Positions 52,746-64,000 of a DNA stretch of 64,000 nucleotides are shown in pieces. Below the pieces are notes generated by a model that saw only the letters and a list, made by a program, of their open reading frames with translations, did no database searches and was not told the DNA's origin. Numbering within the stretch: the first letter of the stretch is position 1; the number at the start of each line of letters is the position of its first letter. The stretch comes from Amphiscolops sp. MND2022 (taxonomy: Eukaryota). The position numbers and the translations under genes were made by a program. Where the stretch lies: positions 46,192,001 through 46,256,000 of the forward strand of contig OZ076413.1 of the NCBI GenBank assembly GCA_964187785.1, given 5' to 3'.

Positions 52746-55700
52746 TTGACTGCATAGCTCAGATGAAAACCGTTTGAAATGGTCAAAATCCGAATTATTG
52801 AATCAAAAAAGTCAGGTCATCGTGAAAGTAAAAAAACATTTTTGCGGAAAAAACGGTTCAATTGTTTCATTCAAAATATGACGTGCTTCGATTACGCCCA
52901 ATTTGAAAAGAATCTGGAATTATTCTTGACAAACATATTGGTTTGACAGCGTTTTTCTTTAGAAAAGAGCGACTATAGTCATGGTTTTCCAAAAACAGTT
53001 CTAGTAAAAATTCTTTAATTTTGGTAAAGTCCCTTTGGGCAATGTACATCCTGCACTTGAAATGTAAAGGAGTCTCCTTCGTCAAGCACACAACAAGATT
53101 TACGGCCAACCGGTTATAACGGATTCCGGATATAACGTGTACTGGAAATTCTGTTTGTGGGAGAGGTTTTTTAAAAATACAAAAGGGTCCCTCCTTTGTT
53201 TCTCAAGATATTCAGAGTTGACACAAATTCAACTGAAGCCGAAGAATCCCCCTCTGGTTTTTTTGGCACTGTGAGACCTTATTATTTTCAATATAATCAA
53301 ACAGCTGTTTTATCTCCACTTATTTATCATTCTTTGGGCTGTTTTGACTCTGTGCGTTTTTTTCCGAAACTTTCATTTGATTAAAGGGTATGTTCCTGCT
53401 TTCCTATCTGTTTTCGGCTTGAGGAAAGTAGTTTCTAAGCTGAAAGTTCCTTTTTTGGCACTATGAGACTTTCCCGAAAAAAAATCGAATTAATTTTCAA
53501 AAAAAAGATTTTTTGTAATTCCAGTTGGGTAAACTGTGGTTTCCGAGCCTTATGTGTATCCTTTGGGGTATTTTTTGGCACTGAGATTTGAATTGACTTT
53601 GTATTTATCTGCTAATCAATGAAAAGAAACGCAAGCTAATACAAAACATATACAATCACCAATTAACAGACGGTTAAAAGAAAATTTTTTTCACAACAAA
53701 AAGATATCCAATTTAACATGGATTGGTTCAGTATTTGAAGAATATATACTATATTTTGAAGAAGTTCCATTCCAACCCGTTCTCTTCCAAAGTTCGGTTC
53801 TTCAACGTTTTTCAGGCTTTCCTGGAAGGAATGGGGTTTGTCTTGTTTCTGATTGGTCGTTTGTGTGCATGGTATCCGGTAGAGGGAACTGATCTGTCTA
53901 TCTCTGATTGCCATCATGCATAAAATCATAAACAGCACAGAATTTAATTATTTCAAATTATGCTCGAGGAATGAAAAAACTTCAGATTCGAAACGTGTTC
54001 CTCGCTTTCATATTGCTCACGTCTTCATATTGTTCAAGAGATCCTGCTTTTGTTTTGTTTTCAATTATCGGTCATTTCGTCTTTCAAATTGCAAACGTTT
54101 TGGTTCAATTTTTAAAAAATAAGGTACATCAAAAAGAATTCTACTCAGAGATTCCTTTAAAAATTGTTCTAGGAAGAAGAATTATTCTGTGTGAACAAAC
54201 ACTTTGATTCTTCAAAACTAGAAAGTTTCTTACTACAAAAAGTTTTTTCGAAAGTTGTGAAATACTCTTCATCAAAATCTTCAAAACAAAAATCATATCA
54301 ATTCCGATTAAGAGACAGTTTTCACTTTCATCAGAGCCTTCATTGTTTTTCAATCAAATTATTTTTAAAAGTTTTCACTGGTTCTTCATTTCACATGTTT
54401 ATTCAAAACATTCAAGATATGTCAGTTATTCATAGGGTAAAATTGATACCATGAAGGTAACAAAGAGTTCATGAGTCAGATTATTTGATTTTTGAAAAAA
54501 AGTATCACTTTATTATAAGTTGAGTACAAAATAATAATCTAAAAGATATATTTTTCAAGAAACGAGTGAATAATATGGAATCTACTTTATTTTTTCAATT
54601 TCTCTTTGGATAAGTGTCGATACGTTTATTTTCTCATGTTTTTGTAAGAGCAAACAAGTTTTAGCCAAACGAAATATTATTTTTCTGCAAAAATGTTAGG
54701 CAAGTGTGGTCTAAAATACATTGTTTGTTTTTTTTCTTCCAATTTTCATTCCGAGAGCGGGAAAAACGTGTTTGGGGGCTTGTCTGAATGTAACACGGGA
54801 TTAAGGTTTTGTTGTGACGCTGGTGTTGATTATACAGTAGTGTGCGTATAGCAACCGTTTTCAGTCCAAGTCAAAACTTCACTCAGAGGGCTAAATCTTT
54901 TACACAGCAGTGAAAACATGTATAGGACACTTTACATCAAACGAAATCCAAGCCCTTATGAATTCGTACTGCATTTGCTCAAGGGTTGTTTACTAGCTCA
55001 GGCGATGGATGGTGGGATTGACAAACCAGGAAAATCGCTGGACAGTTTGAACGCTCCTCAGAAATGAATTCAGTTAAAACATTTTTTTTCGAATTTGTTT
55101 CAACATTCTCCCTGGTGCAGATATAGTCATTGTCAGTTTTCTTTGAAAAAGCTGCAGCGAATGTTTTGTTCAAGGTCTGGTTGGAGTAGTCGGTTGCGCG
55201 AAAGATTGCTTTGGTACTAGTTGCACGGGTAAATGGTGGTTTGAACCCGGTGACGGCGTTCACGGGTTATGGAATAGATACCACTCTGATTGTTGATGTC
55301 TTCAACTCCCCTCCTGTTCAGGGAGATTGCAGTAGTCTTCAAAGCAATATTCTCTCCTCCAACATTACTCGCGCAGCATGTCTACTCTGAACAGACTTTT
55401 TAAAATAAAATTTCATCCATCAAAAACATCCTGCAAATTTGAAGACTGTAAAACGCTTGCTCAACAGTTTGAAATAGTGTCGCGGTTTGAAAAGGCAAAA
55501 CGTAATAAAAGTTAGGTTTTTTGAAAATGCTTTATCGAAATTACTGTTATTTTTGTTGTTTTCATCTTCTACGTTGTCTACGTTCTGTTCATATCATTGT
55601 CGTCATACTTCATAGCATATCATCAATCCAATCGTGCAAAATGATGCCAATTTGTAGACTTTGGTGGAGCCTACACAAGAGCCGTTTGTACAACCCTACA

Positions 55701-56197
55701 ACAGTAATCTTGAGATGCATCAACGCATCTACGACTTTGTCATTTTGAACCATTGAATCTTTGGGAGTGTCACTTGCAAAAGTGGTTACTCGCTTTTTCA
55801 TTTTCAATTTATTTGTGTTTTGGAATCAAGCAAATATATTCCACGTTTAACATTCGATGAAGCACACACGTAGAAAAATTGCATTTTTTTGTTGAAAGAT
55901 CAATTCGCCAAAAAATTAGCTTTTGCACAAATACTATCAAAGATTTAGGATTTGCTGATGTCCAAACCTCGATAACGGCAGTTCCCACTAAAAGGAAATA
56001 AGGCAAGAGAAATAGGTTTTGTGCTATGGGCTACCTTGTCACTGGAAAAAGTGCCTTCTTTCAAACTCCGCTGTTGCTTGGCACAATGGAAAAGACCGCT
56101 CCAATTTCGTTGGAGCATCAGTTTTATCAACGAAGAAAGTCTAGTACCGGTGGAGGAGTCATTTTGTACTCGACACACGGTGCGTGTTTTTTACATT

Positions 56198-56296
56198 TGG
56201 TTACGTCATCTTCGTGTCGAATCTATTACGTAACGTTCGCGATAACTTTCTTCCCAAACGTTACGTAATAGATTCGACACGAAGATGACGTAACCA
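56198..56296. repeat. Perfect 40-bp inverted repeat abutting the assembly gap
   Basis: 56198-56237 is the reverse complement of 56257-56296, with a 19-nt loop. Confidence 0.85.
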
Positions 56297-56496
56297 NNNN
56301 NNNNNNNNNNNNNNNNNNNNNNNNNNNNNNNNNNNNNNNNNNNNNNNNNNNNNNNNNNNNNNNNNNNNNNNNNNNNNNNNNNNNNNNNNNNNNNNNNNNN
56401 NNNNNNNNNNNNNNNNNNNNNNNNNNNNNNNNNNNNNNNNNNNNNNNNNNNNNNNNNNNNNNNNNNNNNNNNNNNNNNNNNNNNNNNNNNNNNNNN
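56297..56496. other. Assembly gap (200 N)
   Basis: Run of N. Confidence 1.
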
Positions 56497-57175
56497 AAAT
56501 TGGATATGATCCTTGTACAATTTGCTGTATTTAGGGGAGGTGACACATTCGATGTCCATAACACTGGTTAATTCTCTCAACACATCTAATTCAAATTTGG
56601 TGATGTGCCTTTCGGGTTTCTGCTCATACGATATGAGGGAAGCGGCTAGTGATGCATATAGGAACGTGTCCTGGTAGATTTGCCTCTGGTACTTTTTATC
56701 GGGCAGGTCGTACCGTTCGAAATGAATGCAAAGCTTGAATCCGTATCTCCAAGTCCACCGAGTCTAGGGAATCAGAAAAACTTTGTTGTTTTTGCCAACG
56801 AAGATTGTCCAGGGGCAGTTGAAACTAAGTTCTTCGTATTTCTTCTACCAAAAGGTGTCCCAGTTAATAGTAGGAAAATGATAGCTTTGTGTAATTCTCG
56901 ATTTTGCTCTTTTGCGGGAGTCTTTTTTGAGAATAGACTGTGGGATCTTTAGGAGCGGTTGTTTTCTCCTCTAAACAAATCTGTAGGTATGTCTCCCACA
57001 AATGTCATAAGGTGTAGAAAATAGTCTCAGTAGACTGGTAGTCTATCTACAAAAACAATTTCTTTTTTTGAAATGATGTGGTGTTTTAGATAGATGTAAA
57101 ATCTATCGTGGTCCAGCTCAGTTCTATAGATTCTGTAGAATTCGTTTCCGATTTTGATGTAAGTCAGACGACAAA
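56497..57175 (-). pseudogene. Decayed intronless ORF of unknown family, about 225 codons
   Basis: After a catttcag acceptor-like motif it reads VCRLTYIKIGNEFYRIYRTELDHDRFYIYL...QDTFLYASLAASLISYEQKPERHITKFELDVLRELTSVMDIEC, with several stops and one frameshift. Confidence 0.55.
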
Positions 57176-57239
57176 CTGAAATGGTCACAAAGCATTTTCA
57201 AATAGCAGTAATTGATAATTCTAATCATCGCTTTGATAC

Positions 57240-58265
57240 AGTTATTTACCCACGGCAGAGATTGATAACTAAGATCGTTACCGTACTGAAAAGTTATCTA
57301 TCCACGGCAGAGATTGATAACTAAGATCGTTACCGTGCGTAGTGAAAAAATTCTTAACCTACGGCGGAGATTGATAACTAGGATCGTTACCGTGCTTGCT
57401 TTTGAAAAGTTGTTTTCCCACGGCAGAGATTGATACTGTGATCGTTACCGTGCTCTATTCTGAAAAGTTATTTATCCACGGCAGAGATTGATACTTTGAT
57501 CGTTACCGTGCTCGATTTTGAAAAGTTATTTACCCACGGCAAAGATTGATACTTTGATCGTTACCGTGCTCGATTTTGAAAAGTTATTTACCCACGGCAG
57601 AGATTGATACTTTGATCGTTACCGTGCTCGATTTTGAAAAGTTATTTACCCACGGCAGAGATTGACACTTTGATCGTTACCGTGCTCGATTTTGAAAAGT
57701 TATTTACCCACGGCAGAGATTGATACTTTGATCGTTACCGTGCTCGATTTTGAAAAGTTATTTACCAACGGCAGAGATCGATACTATGATCGTTACCGTG
57801 CTCGATTTTGAAAAGTTATTTATCCACCGCAAAGATTGATACTTCGATCGTTACCGTGCTCGATTTTAAAAAGTAGTTTACCCACCGCAGAGATTGATAC
57901 TGTGATCGTGACCGTGCTCGAATTTGAAAAAAACTTTACCCACGGCAGAGATCGATACTGTGATCGTTACCGTGCTCGACTTGGAAAAGTTATTTACCCA
58001 CGGCAAAGATTGATACTTTGATCGTTACCGTGCTCGATTTTGAAAAGTTATTTACCCACGGCAGAGATTGATACTTTGATCGTTACCGTGCTCGATTTTG
58101 AAAAGTTATTTACCCACGGCAGAGACTGATACTTTGATCGTTACCGTGCTCTATTCTGAAAAGTTATTTACCCACGGCAGAGATCGATACTATGATCGTT
58201 ACCGTGCTCGATTTTGAAAAGTTATTTACCCACGGCAGAGATTGATACTATGATCGTTACCGTGC
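57240..58265. repeat. 58-bp tandem array, about 17-18 copies, with an internal imperfect palindrome
   Basis: Unit gttatttacccacggcagagattgatactttgatcgttaccgtgctcgattttgaaaa. Confidence 0.95.
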
Positions 58266-58351
58266 TAAGCTGAAACGAATGACTACAAATGAGTTTTCAG
58301 TTTGAGTTAGGATGACAACGAAAAAAAATAGCAAGACTTTTATTTACAATG

Positions 58352-58558
58352 TTAGAAATCTTCCATCTCTTGCTAGAGCTTTAGAGTTTCGATGATTTCA
58401 ATGTACATATCCTTATAGCTCGAGTTTTTACAAATATTGTCCATTTGGTTAGTAATGGTGTTGAGAGCGTCGACTTCTCGTTTCGACAGCTGTGGTTCAG
58501 GTTTCCTTATGTAGGTAATTATTGCCGCTGTGAGGTACACATAAAGAAACAAACCGGA
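58352..58558 (-). pseudogene. 3' fragment of a paralog of the 56497-57175 ORF
   Basis: FLYVYLTAAIITYIRKPEPQLSKREVDALNTITNQMDNIC aligns without gaps to FLYASLAASLISYEQKPERHITKFELDVLRELTSVMDIEC. AATAAA follows the stop (58339-58344). Confidence 0.55.
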
Positions 58559-59857
58559 TTTAGGATTTCATAAAATTCCCAAAGAATCGTCCATGCAATA
58601 AATTTCACTGATTCGATTCAATTTTATCAGGCTGCCAATCAGATGCATTCTATATTTGGCAGAAATTCTGTGCCGCAAAGGTTTACAGGGTTCATCCAGA
58701 ATCATGAGGCCGCTGCTTATTAATTATTTTTACCGCGATTTTAATGCAAATAAACTTCAATGAGAATATAACTTTCAAAGTAGCGTCATACTCAGCGTGC
58801 TATTTGACTAAGGGTGATTACATAAGATACTAACTTCGAGAAACTTACGCATGGAAACAAGGTGATCGTGGCGGCGAAGAAGTGGAATTGTTTTCAGTTT
58901 TAATTCAAATAGTGGAGGCTGCATTGTAATCCTACGAATAGTTTCCATGCAGGCTCCCGGAATTTTCCATGTTTTCTAAAATATTAGCATGCATGTTTCC
59001 ATGCAGCATGTAAAAAGTTCAAGCAATCTCGACTAGGATAGTTAATGCTTGTAAAAATAGAGGTAAGAGCAAAGAGTCCCATTTTCGTTTTTTTTTCGGT
59101 ATCAAGCTACGTCTTTCCTAATCTGTTTTATCGAAGCCCCCGTTTACTAAAAACAAAACGCTTTGCGAGCATAGATGACTCTTTCGGGTTTTCGGCACTC
59201 CGCGACTTACCGAAGACATTCAATGGAAAAAATTGCTGGAAATATTTTGAAAACGTTTTCCTCAATTTTTGGTTTTTGAGAGGTTTTCAGTTGATCAAAA
59301 CCGTTTTCCTAGTTTTGAGGGATACATCTGAGTGTGTTTTAGTCCTGTAAGAATAATGAGAGTTTTCTCAATAACTTGCAAACGGCCTACGGCTTGTTCG
59401 GCACTGTGTCATTTTTTTCGAGCCAGTTCTCTCTCAGTAAAATGGCACACCCTTCATTTTTTAGAATGTTTTTCCTTGGAAAAAGCGTTTTGTGAATTTA
59501 ATGAGTCTCCTTTTGGTATTTTTGGCACTATGAAACATTTTCCGAACGAAAGCATTCGTATGGAAATACGTCAAGTATTTTTTGTCGCCGTAAATACGAT
59601 AAACAACAGAATCCTATAGCATAGTTATAACACTTTTTTCCGTTATAACACTTGGGCCGTTCCCTGCTCGTTGTTCCTTTCATTCAACTTCTGAATAAAA
59701 TAAATACAAAAAAGTAATGAGAAAATGATGTGAAATATAGAAAAATAGTCGCGAAATACATAAAACTTCAGATCGTAGAGCACAGTTTTGTTTATATTAA
59801 TTTCTTGAACAAGTTTGAGTTATATTATTCTATGAGGTGTCATAATGCCTGCTTCTT

Positions 59858-60118
59858 TTATAGGCTTGTGAAATTGTTAGGAGATTGTGGACGGTCTTTA
59901 TGCATGGCAGAGATCGCAGCGGCTATGCTCTTGTTTTCTTGTTTGGCTCTTTGAGCTCTGGCTCTGTTGAGGATTGCGTAACATCTTTCCAGACCCAGTA
60001 GCACGGCACAAAGGAGCATGGCAAAAGACCAGATGCTGTGATCATTGAACTTGTCTATACGGGTAACAAACCCCTCTTGCCAAGCAAAGTTCATCCGTGT
60101 TTGTCCTAGTTTCACGTT
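59858..60118 (-). CDS. Duplicate of the candidate terminal exon 37240-37500
   Basis: Identical 85-aa translation with a synonymous CTG/CTA difference before the stop. Same ctcag acceptor. Confidence 0.45.
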   Translation of the reverse strand, partial: NVKLGQTRMNFAWQEGFVTRIDKFNDHSIWSFAMLLCAVLLGLERCYAILNRARAQRAKQENKSIAAAISAMHKDRPQSPNNFTSL

Positions 60119-60724
60119 CTGAGTTGAACTCGACTAAAAATTATAGATTTGTGGACTGATGATGTTGAAAAAAAAAGCTAAAAACCTAAACTAGGTTCAT
60201 GTTAACGAGTATTTTTTAATTGATGGTCAATCCTCTTTTGTAAACTCAGTTCCGATGCAAAGTTTGAATTGTGAGACAGGTATATGTATAGGATACTGAA
60301 AACTGTTCAGTTCAAGAAAAAAATTCTAAAGTAACTTAGATCGAAGTTTCTTTGCTTAACATATACGTTTTTGATTACATGTGAAAATCTCCTCGTTTAA
60401 AATCTCTACATAGTTGAAATATCACAGACAAAAAGTTCCCAAGTTATACTCCTAAAAAGAAGACAAAATTTAGTTGTATCACTCGGCCTTCGTCCTGTTG
60501 GGCGCTTCGTTTCGCTGCTGCAAAAAAGACTCATATATTAAATTCTTCTATACTAGGGCATCGTGATTAGCTACGTTCACATACTGATTGTGTCTTTATT
60601 CACGATACCCTAATATAAAAGATTTTACCATGAGTTTTTGTCTAGAATATTTTACCTTGGGAGATTTTAATCAAAGAGATTTATTCTTGGAGATTTTCAC
60701 TTAATACATTTTGACCTTGATACC

Positions 60725-63700
60725 TGTAATACGGTTGAACCCGAATAAACCTCACCGAATTTCACAACGAGACGGTGGCTATTCTGGCAATTCTCTAAAC
60801 GGGAACAAAAAATTGTCCTCGCATCATTGGTAAAAAGATACGACGTAACACAAATGAACAAGAGAATTTTGTTTGGGGAGTCGGTCCGGCAGCAATCTAC
60901 CAGATGACCATAGCCGAATATAACAAGCCGAGAACGGCCAAAGTCGGCGCCATATCTAAGGCTCAAAATTTGAAAGGGGGACCCTTCGGGCTTTGTGAAA
61001 CTCCAGCTGGTTGCAAAAAATTTTAAAAAATTGAAGGGGGGACCCTTTGGAGACATGAAAAAATTACCCAAAAAAAATTTAATGAGATTTTTGAACAGTG
61101 TCACAGTGCCGGAAAAAGTAAAAGGGGGACCCTTTGCGATTTTTTGACATCCATTGTGTTGCAAAACATCAAAAAAATTGAAGGGGGACCCTTTTGGGAA
61201 AAAAATTTCAATCCAAAAAATTTCAAAAAGTCGCATAGTTCCGAAAAAAAGTGGGGGGATCCTTAGTGTGATTTCGAGGTTGTGGACGTCTGTTTTGTTT
61301 TTTCTTTTCGTTTTGGACGCGCTTCCGAGGTTGGAGTTGTTGAGGTTCGAAGTTGTTGAGGTTTGAGGTTGTTGAACAAATGAACAAAAAAGTGGACCTT
61401 TCGTGTCTAAAAAAACTACCCACTGTAATAGTCGGGCACATTTTCTACTAAAATGCGCCGACTAAAAAGGAATAGTACAGCAAAAAAACTAAAAACCTAA
61501 ACCAGGTGTTCACCGAATATTACCTGCCGAAGCGAAGCACTTACCATAATCCGGGAGACTTCTTCTGGGCAAAACCAATCGAGGAGGAAACACTGGGAGA
61601 ATTATAGAGACAGATAAAGGTAATCAAAAAGAAATGTAACTTTAACACAATCTCGGCTGAAGATCTGCTGACATCAAAATTTACGACAACAATTACCGAT
61701 AAAAAATTCCGGAACAAAATAATGAAGTGAAGAACACTGGAAATGAAGAAAATAATTGAACTGATCGAACAGAACACGTACGAAAAAAAAAGAATAAAAA
61801 GAACACAAAATCGGTAGCTTGGATATCAACGAACGAAAAACACGCAATGAAAGAAGACCGATACGAAGAATGGAAGGATGAGGAACAAAACGGAAAAACA
61901 AGAACTTCGGTAACTGACCATGCAGATAATGTAATGCTCCAAAATGGACACCAATAAACAAATGTCCCGCACTAGAGGCAAACTGTAACAAAAGCGGAAA
62001 GAAGGAACACTGCGCGAAAGCATGCACACAGAAGTTTAACAATACCCGAGCGGTGAAAAAAGTAACCGAAGAAGAATGAGCGAACCAAATGAGTCATCTT
62101 GTGAATCAGACCAAAGTATACATCACATAAAAGAAAACGAGAAAAATGAAGAAACAAACAAACACTATACCGCAACAGTAAAAATCAACGGAGTAAAGAA
62201 AAAAATTAAAACTGACATCGGATCCACACTGACAATAATGCCAATGGACAAAAGGATAGTAAAACGAAACGACATACAACAAGTAACAAACCCATACCAA
62301 GTCGTTATCAAAAATGAAATAAATTTTCGGTGAAAAGTTCCGATAAATACCGAGCACGAAAATAACGAACAAAAAAATGGAAATACTGATATTTCAAAGA
62401 ACGTTATATCACACCCCTATTAGGAATTGACTGAATGAAAACATTCAATCTCACGATCGGAAGAATACAATTGGCCGAGAACAGCCAATCAGAAAGCGAG
62501 AAAATATTCAATCGAATTGCAGATTTCTTCGAGAATAACGGAATGGCGCAAAAGACACCGAAATAAACAGTTAACTTAACCCGGGACACTTTATCAAACT
62601 GAAAGCAAGACCGGTACCACTACACCCATTAGAAGATGGGAATTAGAAAAACAAATCCAATCGGACACTTAGAGAAGATAAACGATGTGAACGAAGACTG
62701 TTTTGTATCTCCGGTCGTCATTATGGCGAAAAGTGACAAATCGGTGAATATAGCACTTGAATCGCGGAAATTGAGTGGCATTGTACCACAATGAGACCAC
62801 ACATGCCAAACATGGAAGAGTTATTAAACCAAGTTTCGGTAAAAATCACCTGTGACCGGACAGTACAATTATTCATATCAAAAATTGACCTGAATTACGC
62901 ATATGGGCTGATGAAATTGTAAGACCAGATGATCCGGCAATGCGTATTCGCATTAACCAGGGAAAATCCAAGTGAAAATTAGACATTCTAAAAAGGATAA
63001 CATGGGCTCGCAGACATTCCGACGATATTCAAGAGAAAACTGACAGGACATTGAAATATTGTACACGGCATGATTAGATGATATATTAGTGACTCGAGGG
63101 AACTAACAAGAACACGGCAAGAAATTTTTGACGTCCTTAATAAACTGGAAAAAGCCGGATACAGGGCAAGTAAAAAGAGATCAGAATTCTTCTTGAATAA
63201 AACGAAATGGTTCGGAAATGTATTAGACGAAAACGGAATAAAACTGTACGAAAAAGTAGAAGCAATTCTCAACTTGAAACCACCGGGAAATACAAAAGAT
63301 CAGAAATCGTTTCTCATCATACAATTCATGGCAAATATCTCACAGAAACTTTCTGAGCAAACAGACCGAACGAAAAAACTACTCAAAAAGAATGAACCAT
63401 GGGAATGGGAACATGAACAAGAATTAGACTTCAACCAAATAAAACAAATGTTAACCGAAGGACCGTGTCTAGCTCATTACGCAAAAAAAAGATATGATAA
63501 CAACCGATGTCAGCGAACCCGGACTCGATATATACGGATGACAAAAAAATAAAGGAAACATAACACCGATAGAATACGGGAGCAGATATCTGAATGATGC
63601 CTAAAAAAACTACACAATCGTTGGATTGGAATTACTAGCAGTCGTATGGGGATTAGAAAAATTCGAATGTTATTTTTACGGAAAGAAAGTAAATTTGTAT

Positions 63701-64000
63701 ACAGATCAAAAGGCAATAGAACCGCTGAAGACAGTATTGATGGAACAAACAATACACCGCAAAAATACCGCGTTGGTTGGACCGAAAAGCACACTTTGAT
63801 ATCGCGATACAACATATTGCGGGAAGCAACTTGAAAACTACAGAATACTTCAGCTGTAATCCGGTAGAGGTAGCCACGCCGGAAGATGAAAACGCTGAGG
63901 AATACGTAATTGTTATACTATGCCAACAAGCGAAACTAAAATTGAAATACGGACCACTATTCGCCGAGCAATCAATTGACACATCACCGAGACAAACAAT
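60725..64000 (+). mobile_element. Decayed Gypsy element (gag-PR-RT-RNase H), second copy
   Basis: Colinear with 38128-41290. RT/RH-like frames such as NKTKWFGNVLDENGIKLYEKVEAILNLKPP..EPWEWEHEQE..LTEGPCLAHY. Confidence 0.85.
60922..61468 (-). mobile_element. Intact Helentron/DINE-like family A element inserted in the Gypsy gag
   Basis: Both termini are complete. The empty site is visible in the paralogous copy at about 38755. Confidence 0.85.

Larger units (their letters stand above)
59171..64000 (+). repeat. Segmental duplication, copy 2 (runs off the window)
   Basis: Colinear with 36553-41290. Confidence 0.9.

Noticed and set aside
54979..56178. Short minus-strand ORFs left of the gap as part of the putative virus-like cassette
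   Set aside because: No recognisable homology, and linkage across the N-gap is unproven.
57240..58265. CRISPR-like palindromic repeat array
   Set aside because: There are no unique spacers because whole units repeat, no cas genes are present, and the context is eukaryotic.

Overview
AT-rich, repeat-dense animal-type genomic DNA with spliceosomal introns and one 200-N assembly gap (56297-56496). The largest element is a young, full-length Bel/Pao LTR retrotransposon (9885-16495, minus strand, LTRs differ at 2 of 201 positions, AAATT target-site duplication). It carries an unexpected intact 200-aa ORF between the primer-binding site and gag. That ORF has SGNH/GDSL-hydrolase-like motifs and a basic tail, and it lies in the gag-pol frame, separated by a single UGA-CGA stop. 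Host genes are a TMEM272-like gene (+, 25680-29777), an uncharacterised 5-exon gene (-, 1017-2653) and a candidate minus-strand gene whose last exon is duplicated (37240-37500 and 59858-60118). The window also holds decayed Gypsy elements, two families of Helentron/DINE-like non-autonomous elements, a TIR element, an 84-bp satellite with higher-order structure, and a 58-bp palindromic array flanked by two paralogous decayed ORFs of an unknown family. All calls come from reading the sequence by eye; no database searches were run.
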